Positions 29,843 through 40,109 of a stretch of 64,000 bases of DNA are shown one piece after another. Source of the DNA: Candidatus Undinarchaeota archaeon. Its GTDB lineage: Archaea; Undinarchaeota; Undinarchaeia; Undinarchaeales; UBA543. Each line of letters starts with the position of its first letter. Position 1 is the first letter of the stretch. The notes beneath the pieces were generated by a model. That model did no database searches. It had not been told where the DNA came from and saw only the letters and a program-made list of their open reading frames with translations. The DNA lies in contig CAZWSR010000003.1 in assembly GCA_964636545.1 (NCBI GenBank), positions 6,947-70,946 on the forward strand, written 5' to 3'. The translations under genes were made by a program, and so were the position numbers.

Positions 29843-30502
29843 TTATTCTTCTTCAGGAAAATCTTCAAATTCTTCAACAGTGTATTTGAAAGCATCTGCT
29901 TTCTTGATTTTTCCCTGCTTCAACATAACTTCCCTTGCCAATAACCAGAAAATCATTGACAAAGATTTCTTTCCCTTGTTGTTGCATGGGATTATGAAAT
30001 CAATATTCTGAGTCATGTTATTTGAATCGCAAAGTGAAATAATTGGAATATTCATTTTCAAAGCTTCCATTAATGCCTGTCTGTCTGCTCCTGGATCAAT
30101 AATGAAAATTAATTCTGGCTCAGTGTATTTTACATAAGCAGGATTTGTCAAACTACCTGGCATGAATCTTGTAATAATTGGAGTTGCTCCAATCAAATCA
30201 CAGAATTTTTTAATAGCTGGCCTGCCAACATCACGAGCACAAACTACCATGATTTTTTCTGGCTTGTAATTAGCGAGCATATTTGAAGCTGTCTTAAGTC
30301 TGCGATCAATTTCAGAAACATCAAGAACTGACAAACCATCTGGCCTAACTTTGTAAATGAATTTTGCCATGTCATTTAGCTTTCGCTGTGTGCCAATATG
30401 AACTCCAGCAGACAAGTACTTGTCCAAAGGAACTAGAGTATCTTGTGCCGGTAGTGCGTCTTCTTTTGGCGCTTCTTCTTTGGTTTTTGGTTCTTCTGTC
30501 AT
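29843..30502 (-). CDS. rps2: 30S ribosomal protein S2 (uS2)
   Basis: YLSAGVHIGTQ, RFMPGSLTNP and IPCNNKGKKSL. Confidence 0.96.
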   Translation of the reverse strand: MTEEPKTKEEAPKEDALPAQDTLVPLDKYLSAGVHIGTQRKLNDMAKFIYKVRPDGLSVLDVSEIDRRLKTASNMLANYKPEKIMVVCARDVGRPAIKKFCDLIGATPIITRFMPGSLTNPAYVKYTEPELIFIIDPGADRQALMEALKMNIPIISLCDSNNMTQNIDFIIPCNNKGKKSLSMIFWLLAREVMLKQGKIKKADAFKYTVEEFEDFPEEE

Positions 30503-30581
30503 TTTGGTTTTTGGTTAAATGTATCGGGCATCTGGCTTCGGGTATCAGGCCTGATACCTGATGCCTGTTACCTGATCCCTA
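30503..30581 (-). repeat. CAGGTAT-family heptamer hairpin between eno and rps2
   Basis: Minus strand caggtaa caggcat caggtat cagg-cctgata cccgaag ccagatg cccgata catttaa ccaaaaa; perfect 18-bp palindrome ggtatcaggcctgatacc at 30541-30558. Confidence 0.88.
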
Positions 30582-31800
30582 TTTTGCCCATCCCAGCTTC
30601 TGTTTTTTCAGCGATTCTGAGTAGCTCATCGAGCTTTGCAATTCGTTCTCCCCCAGTCACGCCGCACTTAATGATAGGTGCGGAAAAGCCAACAGCAATA
30701 TGAGATATTGATGTATCTGTAGTCTCACCAGAACGATGTGACACCACAGGAGTGTACATATTCTCAATAGCCGTGTTTATAACCTTTTCTGTATCTGTGA
30801 GTGAGCCGATTTGATTTGGTTTTACAATTATAGAATTAGCTGATTTTTGCTTTATGCACTTGTCAAAAATCTTCGGATTGGTGACAGTTAGGTCATCTGC
30901 AACAACCAAACATTGATTTCCAACCCTTTTTGTAAGCTCAGCAAATGACTTAAAATCGGCCTCATGAAACGGATCTTCAAGATAGAAAATTCCAAAATGG
31001 TCAACAAGTTGTTCCATATAATCAATTTGTTCTGCAGGAGTTTTCTTAACTCCATTCTTGTAAACATAAGCTTCTTTGTCAGCATTCCAGAACTGAGTTG
31101 CTGCTAAATCCAGACCAGATTTGACTGTAAAACCAACTTGGTCAGATGTCTTAATACAAGCTGCAACCAAGATTTCAAGAGCTTCATCATTATCCATTTG
31201 CGGAGCCCAGCCACCTTCATCATTTCTACCTTTTGTGAAATTCGGAATTTTTGATTTAATAAGCTCAAGCACGATCTTGTGTGCGGTTTCATTCGCCATT
31301 ACTGCATCATGAATATTATCTGCACCAGTTGGGATGACAAGATATTCCTGGAAATCAGGACTTCCTTTTCCAGCATGCGCACCCCCGCCAATCACATTTC
31401 CAAGCGGAAACGGCATTGTGTAATTATTTGTTTTTGTGAAAATTTCAAAAAAATCTTTTCCATCAACTTCTGCTTTCAGCTTGCCAACAGCCATTGACAA
31501 CGCAACTGCAAGATTGCCCCCAAGCAATGAAAAACCAGGATCAAGCTCCTTGAATTTTGAATCAACTTGATGAAAATCAGCAGAAATATTTACAAACTTT
31601 TCAGCATAAGAATCATTGAATCGCTTAACTGCTGCTGCAACTCCTTGCTTTGGAAATGCAATAACTTCATTGGATCCAGTTGATGCACCAGAAGGCGCTG
31701 CCGCGATTGCACTTTGTTTTCCAGCCCAGACCTCAACTTCAATTGTTGGGTTTCCACGTGAATCAATTATTTCTCTTGCATGTAATTTTGTAATAGGCAT
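30568..31800 (-). CDS. eno: Enolase
   Basis: IIDSRGNPTIEV, PSGASTG, NVIGGGAH, KPNQIG and SHRSGET. Start at MPITKL (31800), with a TATA box about 25 nt upstream. Confidence 0.95.
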   Translation of the reverse strand: MPITKLHAREIIDSRGNPTIEVEVWAGKQSAIAAAPSGASTGSNEVIAFPKQGVAAAVKRFNDSYAEKFVNISADFHQVDSKFKELDPGFSLLGGNLAVALSMAVGKLKAEVDGKDFFEIFTKTNNYTMPFPLGNVIGGGAHAGKGSPDFQEYLVIPTGADNIHDAVMANETAHKIVLELIKSKIPNFTKGRNDEGGWAPQMDNDEALEILVAACIKTSDQVGFTVKSGLDLAATQFWNADKEAYVYKNGVKKTPAEQIDYMEQLVDHFGIFYLEDPFHEADFKSFAELTKRVGNQCLVVADDLTVTNPKIFDKCIKQKSANSIIVKPNQIGSLTDTEKVINTAIENMYTPVVSHRSGETTDTSISHIAVGFSAPIIKCGVTGGERIAKLDELLRIAEKTEAGMGKIGIR

Positions 31801-31856
31801 GAAAAAGAGTAGGCTGTTCGTTATATAAATACGTTGAGTTCGTTGATATTTTTTCA

Positions 31857-31923
31857 GGGGCTCCGGGGCGCAGGGGCTCAGTAGATCCGTACGGCGCTCC
31901 GGCTCCACGGATTCACGGCTCCC
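31857..31923. repeat. GC-rich octamer hairpin between the divergent eno and psmB promoters
   Basis: ggggctcc ggggcgca ggggctca gtagatccgta cggcgctc cggctcca cggattca cggctccc. Confidence 0.88.
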
Positions 31924-32018
31924 ATTATCAAATTTAACCAATAATAAAACTTATAAACCCAACAATCAACACTTAACCAAGCAATTTTAAGAGTTTTAAA
32001 ACTTTAAAGGTGAGAATA

Positions 32019-32654
32019 TTGGAAAAAAAAGATATGGAAAAATATTTGAAAGGGACAACCACTGTTGGTTTTACATGCACTGACGGTGTCGTAATGGCTT
32101 CTGATAGCAGAGCAACAATGGGCTTCATGATAGCTGACAAAAATGCCCGAAAAATATATGCAATTGATGACAAGATCGCAATCACAACAGCTGGAATGGT
32201 TGGCGACAACCAAATGCTTGTTCGATTAATGAAAGCACAACTTGCGCTTTACAAAATGGATGGAAAACCAATAACAGTAAAGGCAGCAACCACATTACTT
32301 TCAAATGTACTGCACCAAAATCGCTTTTACCCAATGTATGTACAGAACATAATTGGCGGATTTGATACAAAAGGAAGAATATTTGAATTGGATATGGCAG
32401 GCGGAATGGGTGAGAAAGATATATCATCCACAGGATCCGGCTCCCCAACAGCATACGGTGTTCTTGAAAATGATTGGAAAAAAGGAATGACTGTAGACGA
32501 AGGTGTTCACCTTGGTGTAAAATGTATCCACACTGCTTTGGAACGAGATGCAGCAACAGGAAACAATGTTCGCGTAATGAAAATAACTGCAAACGGAGTT
32601 GAAGAAGTTTCAAAAGAAACAATTGCACAAATAAGAACTGAGTTAGCAAAATAA
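32019..32654 (+). CDS. psmB: Proteasome beta subunit
   Basis: Propeptide followed by KG|TTTVG, ASDSRAT and GSGS. Start at TTG 32019 (GGTGA SD) or ATG 32034. Confidence 0.95.
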   Translation: MEKKDMEKYLKGTTTVGFTCTDGVVMASDSRATMGFMIADKNARKIYAIDDKIAITTAGMVGDNQMLVRLMKAQLALYKMDGKPITVKAATTLLSNVLHQNRFYPMYVQNIIGGFDTKGRIFELDMAGGMGEKDISSTGSGSPTAYGVLENDWKKGMTVDEGVHLGVKCIHTALERDAATGNNVRVMKITANGVEEVSKETIAQIRTELAK

Positions 32655-32657
32655 AGA

Positions 32658-32722
32658 ATCGTTTTTAGTCTTTCGTTATTCGTTTTTAGTAAACGAACAA
32701 CGAGAAACCAATAACGAATAAC
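32658..32722. repeat. AT-rich heptamer hairpin between psmB and fttA
   Basis: atcgttt ttagtct ttcgtta ttcgttt ttagta aacgaac aacgaga aaccaat aacgaat. Confidence 0.8.
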
Positions 32723-32763
32723 AAGATAATAATCACGTTTTCAAAATTTAGGAGAATAATATA

Positions 32764-34674
32764 ATGACAGTATTTCTTGACGAAATTCAGGAGAATATCC
32801 CAAAACCAGCACAAGTAGAGAAAGTGCAGCTAGAGGGATCTAAAATTGTAATTTATGCAAAAAAACTAGATTACTTTAGTGCAAATCCAGAAATTGTCAA
32901 AAACATTGTTGGAAAATACAAAAAGCGCGTTGATGTACGAGCAGATGTTACTGTTCTAACAGATGTTGAAAAAGCTAAAAAAACAATAATGGATATTGTT
33001 CCAAAAGAAGCAGAAATCACAGAAATTATTTTCATGAGCGATGTGAGTCGAGTTATAATTGAAGCAAAGAAACCAGGGCTTGTTATTGGAAAAGCAGGAA
33101 CAACATTGCGAGAAATCAAAAAAGAGATAAAATGGTCTCCACGTGTTGAGCGAACTCCCGTGATTCCATCAAAAATCATACAAACAATAAGGCATGTTCT
33201 TTATACTGGTGGAGCAGACAGATCAAAATTCCTAGCATCACTTGGAAGAAAAGTCAGGCCGAAAACAATTGGACCAGATGGAGATGAAGGTGACAAGTGG
33301 ATTAGAGTAACATCACTTGGAGGTTTCAGAGAAGTTGGCCGCAGTGCAGTGCTTTTGCAAACACAGGACAGCAAAGTTTTGATGGATTGTGGAGTTAATG
33401 TAGCAGCGCACGGCTCAAATGCATTCCCATATTTGAATGCCCCAGAATTTGATTTGAAAACACTGGATGCAATTGTTGTAACCCACGCCCACCTTGACCA
33501 CTCAGGATTTATTCCATATTTGTACAAGTACGGTTATGACGGACCGGTTTACTGCACACCAGGAACACGGGACTTAATGACCTTGCTACAGCTTGATTAT
33601 GTTGATATTGCACAGCGAGAAGGAAAGAAAATCCCTTACTCTAAAAAAGAAATTCAAGAAGTTATCAAACACACAATAACATTAGATTATGAAGAAGTTA
33701 CTGACATAACACAGGACTGCAGACTTACACTTTATCCAGCAGGACACATTCTTGGATCTTCAATGGCACACATACATATTGGTGAGGGGCTTCATAATAT
33801 TATTTACACTGGAGATATTAAATTTGAAAACACTAACCTACTTCAGGGAGCAGCAAGCAATTTCCCTCGTCTTGAAACATTGATTATGGAGAGTACATAC
33901 GGTGGAAAGAATGACATGCAAGCTCCACGACAAGATGCAGAGACAAAACTTGCCGATGTTTTAAAAGAAACAATTGCAAGGAAAGGAAAAGTTTTGATTC
34001 CAGTTCTTGCTGTTGGACGTGCACAGGAAGTTATGATTGTTCTTGAAAGACTTGCTCGACAGAAAAAAGTTGGAGACTTCAATATTTATCTAGATGGCAT
34101 GATTTGGGATGCAACAGCAATCCACACAGCTTATCCAGAATACTTATCACGAAACCTAAGACAACAGATATTCCACGATGACAAGAATCCGTTTATGTCT
34201 GGAGTTTTCAAGAGAGTTGGCGGAAAGAAAGAACGTGAGGAATTAATAGAGCATGGAGATCCTTGTGTAATTTTGGCAACATCTGGTATGCTTGCTGGCG
34301 GTCCGTCAGTTGAGTATTTCAGACGCTTTGCTGAAAGTGCAAAGAATTCTATTGTATTTGTGTCATATCAGGCAGAAGGCTCACTTGGAAAAAGGATACA
34401 GAAAGGTTTCAAGCAAATTACACTGGAAAACGGAAAAGGGCAGAATGAAATTGTTAATATGAAAATGCCTGTTCACACAATTGATGGTTTCTCAGGTCAC
34501 AGTGACCGAAGATCTTTAATGAATTTTGTTGGAAAACTGAATCCAAAACCAGACAGAGTGCTGGTAAATCACGGAGATAATATGAAATGTTTGGATTTAG
34601 CAAGTTCTTTGCATAAGGCCTACAAGGTTGACACTTATGCTCCAAAGAATTTAGAGACAATTAGGTTGCGGTAA
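32764..34674 (+). CDS. fttA: aCPSF1/FttA beta-CASP ribonuclease with KH domains (transcription termination factor)
   Basis: KPGLVIGKAG KH motif, LGGFREVGRS, THAHLDH, AGHILGS and FSGHSD. Confidence 0.95.
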   Translation: MTVFLDEIQENIPKPAQVEKVQLEGSKIVIYAKKLDYFSANPEIVKNIVGKYKKRVDVRADVTVLTDVEKAKKTIMDIVPKEAEITEIIFMSDVSRVIIEAKKPGLVIGKAGTTLREIKKEIKWSPRVERTPVIPSKIIQTIRHVLYTGGADRSKFLASLGRKVRPKTIGPDGDEGDKWIRVTSLGGFREVGRSAVLLQTQDSKVLMDCGVNVAAHGSNAFPYLNAPEFDLKTLDAIVVTHAHLDHSGFIPYLYKYGYDGPVYCTPGTRDLMTLLQLDYVDIAQREGKKIPYSKKEIQEVIKHTITLDYEEVTDITQDCRLTLYPAGHILGSSMAHIHIGEGLHNIIYTGDIKFENTNLLQGAASNFPRLETLIMESTYGGKNDMQAPRQDAETKLADVLKETIARKGKVLIPVLAVGRAQEVMIVLERLARQKKVGDFNIYLDGMIWDATAIHTAYPEYLSRNLRQQIFHDDKNPFMSGVFKRVGGKKEREELIEHGDPCVILATSGMLAGGPSVEYFRRFAESAKNSIVFVSYQAEGSLGKRIQKGFKQITLENGKGQNEIVNMKMPVHTIDGFSGHSDRRSLMNFVGKLNPKPDRVLVNHGDNMKCLDLASSLHKAYKVDTYAPKNLETIRLR

Positions 34675-34718
34675 AAGCTCACCGCTAACCCCTAATTCCC
34701 GAAAAATTTAATCCAATT

Positions 34719-35162
34719 TTAAGCTAATGGATTTGTTTCTGCTGGCTCTTCAGGTAGTGGACTCAAATCAGATGGCCCAACACTAACAGGTTCCATTCCA
34801 GCTCGTGCAATTCTGACACTTGGAGGTGTAATAACAATTATATCCTCTTTAATGCCTGCAATATCGCCGCCAATGGCTGAAGTTGTTCGCTGAATACGCT
34901 TCAAAGCTCGTTTTAGTTCCATTTTCTCTTGAACTAAAGAAGGCTTGACCTTAAGCACAACAACATTAGAACGGTCACGAAGATGTGCAAGGATACCCTC
35001 TACATCAGTGAACTCGTTTAGTGAAAGAACACGCAAAACATGTGCAGAATCTGCTTTTCCACCTTTCCAGTCTAGCTCGAGATACTTTGGCTCGCGCGAA
35101 ACATGAGTAGGTGCTCTGGCGCCTACACTTGGTTTAAGTATTTTATCTAGTAATCTCCTCAT
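34719..35162 (-). CDS. sepF: Archaeal SepF (DUF552)
   Basis: ELKRALKRIQ...GGDIAGIKEDIIVITP pattern. Confidence 0.85.
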   Translation of the reverse strand: MRRLLDKILKPSVGARAPTHVSREPKYLELDWKGGKADSAHVLRVLSLNEFTDVEGILAHLRDRSNVVVLKVKPSLVQEKMELKRALKRIQRTTSAIGGDIAGIKEDIIVITPPSVRIARAGMEPVSVGPSDLSPLPEEPAETNPLA

Positions 35163-35227
35163 TATAACTCCCCTCGGACTTAATGTGTTAGCGTGTTTGT
35201 TTATATATTTTTCTCCAGTGAACTATG

Positions 35228-35494
35228 TCACTTCTTGTTATTACCACTTAATGACTCAACCATGCTCAATGCTTGGTAAATGAACGTTCTTGTGCTCATA
35301 TCAATGTTTGAGTCACCTGCCATATCCTCAAGATGCTGGAGTGCCTTGTTCTTTCTAGCCTCAATTGAATCGCCATTGTCCTGCAGAACTTTTGAAACTG
35401 TTTCAGCTCGTGTACGGACATTTTGTGGAAGATAAGTATCCTCCGAAAGCTCAGACAAATTCTCAACAATCTGATTTAGAACAGAAACACTCAT
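35228..35494 (-). CDS. UPF0147 family protein
   Basis: LSEDTYLPQNVR...DSNIDMSTRTFIYQALS pattern. Confidence 0.85.
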   Translation of the reverse strand: MSVSVLNQIVENLSELSEDTYLPQNVRTRAETVSKVLQDNGDSIEARKNKALQHLEDMAGDSNIDMSTRTFIYQALSMVESLSGNNKK

Positions 35495-36471
35495 TTTGAA
35501 ACGCGCTCCTTGATTATTTGAACTGCTTTTTCCAATGCTGCATCGATATTTTGTGTGTTCTTGCCATTAACACCAGCAGCATTTGGATGACCGCTTCCAG
35601 TTCCTTCAATAATTTTAGATAGCTCTGGAGCAATATCTGTTCCTAAGTTTATCCCAGTTGCATCTGAAAATGAACTTTTAGATCGCATACTTATCCGAAC
35701 TTCCTTGTCCTTGTGAGCAGCTGCGATTGCAACATCAGCTCCGCTTCTTAAAAGAGCGCGGGCAGTTGCTGCTTCAAATGTTCCAACAACTGTTGTAACA
35801 ACTAAAAACTCAGAAACGCGAGTTGTCTGAAGACGTTGCATTCCTTTTAGAACAGCGATTCTCTCAGAAACATCAGGAACTAGTGAAAGAGTTTCCATTA
35901 TTTCTTTTGGCTCAATATTGTGCTCTTTCATCAAAGTAGTAATCATCTCAAAAGTTGAAACCTTTGCAAATCGGAAGTGAGCAGTGTCAGTCACCATTCC
36001 AAGAATAAGAGCAAGAGCTGTTTTTCGATTAAGCTCATAACCAAGAAGAGGCACTAGCTTGTAAACAAGCTCAGTTGTGCTAACTGCATTTACATCAACG
36101 ATTTTTTCATCAGCAGTTATTGATTCGCCTTGGATTGCATGATGATCAATAACAACTCGTGGGATTTTTGAATTTAAAACAGTATTAGAGTAAGAAGACA
36201 ATTGTCCCGGAGTTGAAGTATCAACTAAAATAACAAGATCGCAATCTAGTGGTGGGCTTTTAACAAACTCAGCACCTAGGCTAGACATTACTTTTTTGGA
36301 AAGCTTGCTGATACTTTCTGCAAAACCGATAACAGTCTCGCAACCCAAACTTTTCAGTGCTTCTGAAAGAACATAAGCGGACCCAACTGCGTCAGGATCA
36401 GCATTATGATGTCCAATAATAACTACTTTTTTTCCAGAATACTGTTTGAGAAAATCAGCGATTTTTTCCAT
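35491..36471 (-). CDS. DHH/DHHA1 family phosphoesterase
   Basis: HHNADPDA, LVDT, IDHH, TDT and GSGHPNAAG. Confidence 0.92.
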   Translation of the reverse strand: MEKIADFLKQYSGKKVVIIGHHNADPDAVGSAYVLSEALKSLGCETVIGFAESISKLSKKVMSSLGAEFVKSPPLDCDLVILVDTSTPGQLSSYSNTVLNSKIPRVVIDHHAIQGESITADEKIVDVNAVSTTELVYKLVPLLGYELNRKTALALILGMVTDTAHFRFAKVSTFEMITTLMKEHNIEPKEIMETLSLVPDVSERIAVLKGMQRLQTTRVSEFLVVTTVVGTFEAATARALLRSGADVAIAAAHKDKEVRISMRSKSSFSDATGINLGTDIAPELSKIIEGTGSGHPNAAGVNGKNTQNIDAALEKAVQIIKERVSK

Positions 36472-36475
36472 TATC

Positions 36476-36844
36476 TTATTCAGACTTTTTTTCTGGTGCG
36501 CCAGGAAGAATTCCCTGTAACCTGTCCTGAATGGACTTCAAGTTGTTTGTAAGCTTTTCTTCTTGGGAAGAAAGTGACTTCATACGAACTTCAAGAGAAT
36601 CAACTTTTTCCTTTAATTCACCAGAGATGGTTGCCTTGTCAGTTTTGATAAGGATTTGTCCAACAATCTTGTGAACTTCGGATTTATCATCTGTTTTCTC
36701 AAGTTCTTCCAGTGCAGATTGTGCTTCCTTTAATTGGATTTCTGCTTGGTATTTCTGAGACATAATCATTCGAGCCTGTTGCTGGCCTTCTTGAAATTCT
36801 CTTAGTTTGTCCTGAATATCAGGAGACATTTTTTCTTCAGTCAT
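36476..36844 (-). CDS. pfdB: Prefoldin beta subunit
   Basis: Coiled coil with a central hairpin (VHKIVGQILIK); operon context. Confidence 0.92.
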   Translation of the reverse strand: MTEEKMSPDIQDKLREFQEGQQQARMIMSQKYQAEIQLKEAQSALEELEKTDDKSEVHKIVGQILIKTDKATISGELKEKVDSLEVRMKSLSSQEEKLTNNLKSIQDRLQGILPGAPEKKSE

Positions 36845-36930
36845 TTTTGTTTATCCTCTTGGTTAAGGTTTCAGCCCTCGGCCATCAGCCATCAGTTCCT
36901 GAGGGCTGACTGCTGACTGCTGATACCTGT
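36845..36930 (-). repeat. CAGGTAT/TCAGC-family heptamer hairpin between pcc1 and pfdB
   Basis: Minus strand acaggtatcagcagtcagcagtcagccctcaggaactgatggctgatggccgagggctgaaaccttaaccaagagga; near-identical to 51929-52013. Confidence 0.9.
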
Positions 36931-37146
36931 TTATTCCAACCCCTCCGCAACTTGAACAAGCCGCAGGTAAGAGTTAAGCGCTGCTTTGAGCGCAGCAACA
37001 TCAGTTGCCTCTATGTTGAACACGAGTTTGTTACCAGATGCAGATGCTTTTACTGAAAAGCGATTAGCATCTTCCATATCTGGTTTTAGTGAGTCAATTA
37101 CTCTCTGTGGATTTTCTGTTTCGATATTAACCTGTGCAGTAATCAT
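36931..37146 (-). CDS. pcc1: KEOPS complex subunit Pcc1
   Basis: SLKPD and DVAALKAALNSYLRLV; start at MITAQ. Confidence 0.88.
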   Translation of the reverse strand: MITAQVNIETENPQRVIDSLKPDMEDANRFSVKASASGNKLVFNIEATDVAALKAALNSYLRLVQVAEGLE

Positions 37147-37147
37147 T

Positions 37148-37291
37148 TTAACGGGATGAAACTTTGCAAGCAACAGGTTGTCTAACCTTGAAGAAAATCT
37201 TGTAACCGCATTTCACGCAGCGTATACTGCCTGAAGAATCGCGCGGTTCAGTTGTTTTTTCATGACAATTCCAGCATGTGTATTCAGCCAT
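37148..37291 (-). CDS. rpoP: RNA polymerase subunit P (Rpo12), 47 aa
   Basis: Hand-translated MAEYTCWNCHEK...IRCVKCGYKIFFKVR; missing from the ORF track (too short). Confidence 0.9.
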   Translation of the reverse strand: MAEYTCWNCHEKTTEPRDSSGSIRCVKCGYKIFFKVRQPVACKVSSR

Positions 37292-37576
37292 TTATTTTTC
37301 CTCCTGTTTAGATTCAGATTCATAATCTTCCACAGCAACTACTTGAGATTTTTTCTCTGTTTTAGTTAATGGAGCATAAGCGCCACCAGCGTATTTTGCA
37401 CCACATTTTGAGCATTCCCAAACACCAGTAGCAGTACGTTTAGCAGATTTCATTTGGCATTTAAGGCAAGGATGCTTGGCTTTTGAAACAGCTTCAATTG
37501 CCTTTACCTTGTTCCTGATTTTTCTACCGTACCGTGGGCCGAATCTACCTGTACTTCCTACTTTTTTTGTTGCCAT
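37292..37576 (-). CDS. rpl37ae: 50S ribosomal protein L37Ae (eL43)
   Basis: [12 protein letters not shown]...WECSKCG and AGGAY. Confidence 0.95.
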   Translation of the reverse strand: MATKKVGSTGRFGPRYGRKIRNKVKAIEAVSKAKHPCLKCQMKSAKRTATGVWECSKCGAKYAGGAYAPLTKTEKKSQVVAVEDYESESKQEEK

Positions 37577-37666
37577 CTTTTGTTTTTCCTTTTGGTTAAG
37601 GTGTCAGCCCTCTGCCCTCTGCCTTCAGGTCCTGAAGGCTGAATGCTGACTGCTGATACCTGTTTA
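37577..37666 (-). repeat. CAGGTAT/TCAGC-family heptamer hairpin between rrp42 and rpl37ae
   Basis: Core gccttcagg-t-cctgaaggc at 37620-37638; ends ccttaaccaaagga...ATG. Confidence 0.9.
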
Positions 37667-38479
37667 TCACATCTTCCCAGCACTTGGCTGAGCTTCTTGT
37701 GGACTGGTTTTTGCTTGTGCAAGAGCATCTTGCACAATTTTCCGCTTTTCAGCAGCACGAGTTATTGCAATGTCAACACATTTCATTATTTCTTCTATTG
37801 ACCATGCACCACCAAGTGCCTTTTGCATTGCACAGACATTGTTATTCTCCTCAACAGTTATTGTTAAGCGAGCGTCTGCGACATTCTCTTCTGCCACTGT
37901 TGGGTCAAGCAATATGTCACTATCCACCTTTATAAAAGTATTGGATATTGGCATTTTGGTAATCGGCAAAGGGCCGAAATCCTCAATCACAGTGTTGTGA
38001 AGAGCTGCAACTGCTGCTAAAGAAGCTGCATCCATGTAATTTCCGCTGTTGTCTAGGACATAAGCATCAATACACACAATTCTTGTTTCTTCTCCAGGAG
38101 TTATGCAAAGCTTTTCAAGGTCAATACATTTTGACTCGCGGATTCCGCGGTCAACGACTCTTGCAAGTTCAATTGCTACCTCACTTGGAGGTCCTGGCTG
38201 GAATTTAGGATCAGCTGATGCATTAAGCTCAGCATTGGTTGTCAAAACACCCATGTTTGGTGAGTCAGGGTATGGAACTGCTTTTCCAATTTTGATTCCT
38301 GAAGCAACCATTGTCTGGCCAAGCCAGCAGGTTGCAGATCCTTCAGCACGTTTGTAGTCGCCGATAGTCAGTTTAATTGGCCTAAATTGGTCAAAAGCCC
38401 GACCATCTGCACGCTTACCGCTTTTAATTAGCTCACGTGTTGATTTCTTTTCCAGATTTGGAATTATTGTTACACTCAT
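37667..38479 (-). CDS. rrp42: Exosome complex component Rrp42
   Basis: [24 protein letters not shown] and LDPTVAEE. Confidence 0.94.
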   Translation of the reverse strand: MSVTIIPNLEKKSTRELIKSGKRADGRAFDQFRPIKLTIGDYKRAEGSATCWLGQTMVASGIKIGKAVPYPDSPNMGVLTTNAELNASADPKFQPGPPSEVAIELARVVDRGIRESKCIDLEKLCITPGEETRIVCIDAYVLDNSGNYMDAASLAAVAALHNTVIEDFGPLPITKMPISNTFIKVDSDILLDPTVAEENVADARLTITVEENNNVCAMQKALGGAWSIEEIMKCVDIAITRAAEKRKIVQDALAQAKTSPQEAQPSAGKM

Positions 38480-39192
38480 TTGTATCTCCTCCGAAGCGCA
38501 TCCTTTTGCGCCTCATACAATTGGTTGCATCCGTCTGTTGCATACTTAATTGCCTGGCTGAGCTCGTCTTTTGTCAAAAGCCCATCCATCTGAAGCAAAG
38601 TTATATGTTTGCCTCGGCCAGTAACTGCAACTGGGACATCTGCTTCTCCACAATTGTCTTCAATGCCATTCAAATCTAGAACAACAGTGCCGTCGATTTT
38701 TCCTGCTGCGCAGGATGAAAGAAGGTCTGTCATTGCGATTCCAGCATCGGCAAGAGCCACAGAAGCAGCAGTAAGGCCAACAACACGTGTTCCAGCATCT
38801 GCTTGAACAACATTGATGTCAATCTCTATTGCTGATCTTGGGTACTTTTCAAGTAAAACTACTGATTCAAATGCCTCGCGAGTAACTTTTCCGATTTCGC
38901 GTGACCTTCGATCAGGGCCTGGGCGTTTCCTGTCAGAAACTGAGAAAGGAAGCATATTATACCTCACTTTCAAAACACCTTTGTCAGGCCGCAATGCGTG
39001 CCTTGGGTGCATTTCAACAGGGCCGTAAACAGACGCATATGCGTGGGTTTCGCCAAGTTCTACATATGCAGAACCGTCAGCTCGCTCCAGTACACCTGCC
39101 TCTATCTTAAAAGGCCTCATGTCTCCTGGTCCACGACCGTCAGTTCGCTTGCCATCGACAAGCAGTTTAACATCAGTTTGAGTTCCTCCCAT
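38476..39192 (-). CDS. rrp41: Exosome complex exonuclease Rrp41
   Basis: RTDGRGP...[21 protein letters not shown] and LQMDG. Confidence 0.95.
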   Translation of the reverse strand: MGGTQTDVKLLVDGKRTDGRGPGDMRPFKIEAGVLERADGSAYVELGETHAYASVYGPVEMHPRHALRPDKGVLKVRYNMLPFSVSDRKRPGPDRRSREIGKVTREAFESVVLLEKYPRSAIEIDINVVQADAGTRVVGLTAASVALADAGIAMTDLLSSCAAGKIDGTVVLDLNGIEDNCGEADVPVAVTGRGKHITLLQMDGLLTKDELSQAIKYATDGCNQLYEAQKDALRRRYK

Positions 39193-39193
39193 T

Positions 39194-40093
39194 TTAAAAC
39201 ACCTCCATGTCATCAACCTTTTTCTCTTCAGGTGCTTCAGATCCTTTTATTTTTGGAAGCTCAGCTTCTGCAAGTTTTTTAACTTGTGGAACTGGCTTTG
39301 GAGCTGGTGCTGCCTGAGCAACAGGTGCTGGTGCCGCTGCTGGTGTAGCTTGTGCTACAGGAGCAGGTGCGCCAGGAGTTGCTGGTGCTGCAAGTGCTAC
39401 TGGTTTTGGTGCAGATATTCCTGTTGATTTTGACAGAAATTTCTGAACTTCATCAGTCAAACCCTGTTTGTGTGCATTCTTTTCAATTAGACGAATTGCG
39501 TCAACAGCAAGTTGCATGTTAACACCGCTAATCCAGATGCGTCCGTTCTGACCAACTACAATTCTGCAGCCAGTTTTGTCCTTTATCATCTGAATCATTG
39601 TGCCTTTCTTTCCAATTATGCGTGGCACTTTTGTTGGGCAGATTTCTATCATTTGCCCACCATTCAGTTTGTACAAGCCGCGATCTTTCATTGTAAGACC
39701 TGCGACAAGAGATTCTGAAACATTATCCACTTTTGCTAGGATAACATCACCAATTGCGTATATGTCTGACAGCTTTTCGCTGTTCAGATCAACGTATCGC
39801 TCGCATCCGTTTGCTACTGAAAGCACTGCGGAATAATTAGAATTTATTTCCAAGTTCCACATTGAAAATGCAATATCGGTTATTACACCAATTACAAGAT
39901 CGCGTGGCTTTGGAAGATATTTTCCCTTAAGCGGTATCACTTTTAAGAAGGATTCTTTTGCATCCAAAAGTCCAAGAACTGAAGCATAGACTCCAGTCTC
40001 GTCTCGGAATGTTCCTTCACCGAGCAGATAGTCACCTTCTGCTATCTGATCACCAGGCAAAACCAATTGCCTGTTCTCTATTTTTAAAGTCAT
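39194..40093 (-). CDS. rrp4: Exosome RNA-binding subunit Rrp4 with a long Ala/Pro-rich C-terminal tail
   Basis: VLPGD, S1 domain and KH motif [10 protein letters not shown]...GQNGRIW. Confidence 0.93.
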   Translation of the reverse strand: MTLKIENRQLVLPGDQIAEGDYLLGEGTFRDETGVYASVLGLLDAKESFLKVIPLKGKYLPKPRDLVIGVITDIAFSMWNLEINSNYSAVLSVANGCERYVDLNSEKLSDIYAIGDVILAKVDNVSESLVAGLTMKDRGLYKLNGGQMIEICPTKVPRIIGKKGTMIQMIKDKTGCRIVVGQNGRIWISGVNMQLAVDAIRLIEKNAHKQGLTDEVQKFLSKSTGISAPKPVALAAPATPGAPAPVAQATPAAAPAPVAQAAPAPKPVPQVKKLAEAELPKIKGSEAPEEKKVDDMEVF

Positions 40094-40109
40094 TTTTTAT
40101 TTTTCTCCT

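Noticed and set aside
31801-31941. 47-aa N-terminal extension of enolase
   Set aside because: It spans the enolase TATA box and the octamer hairpin, so it is an artefact of the longest-ORF rule.
32182-32649. 155-aa minus-strand ORF
   Set aside because: Antisense to psmB.
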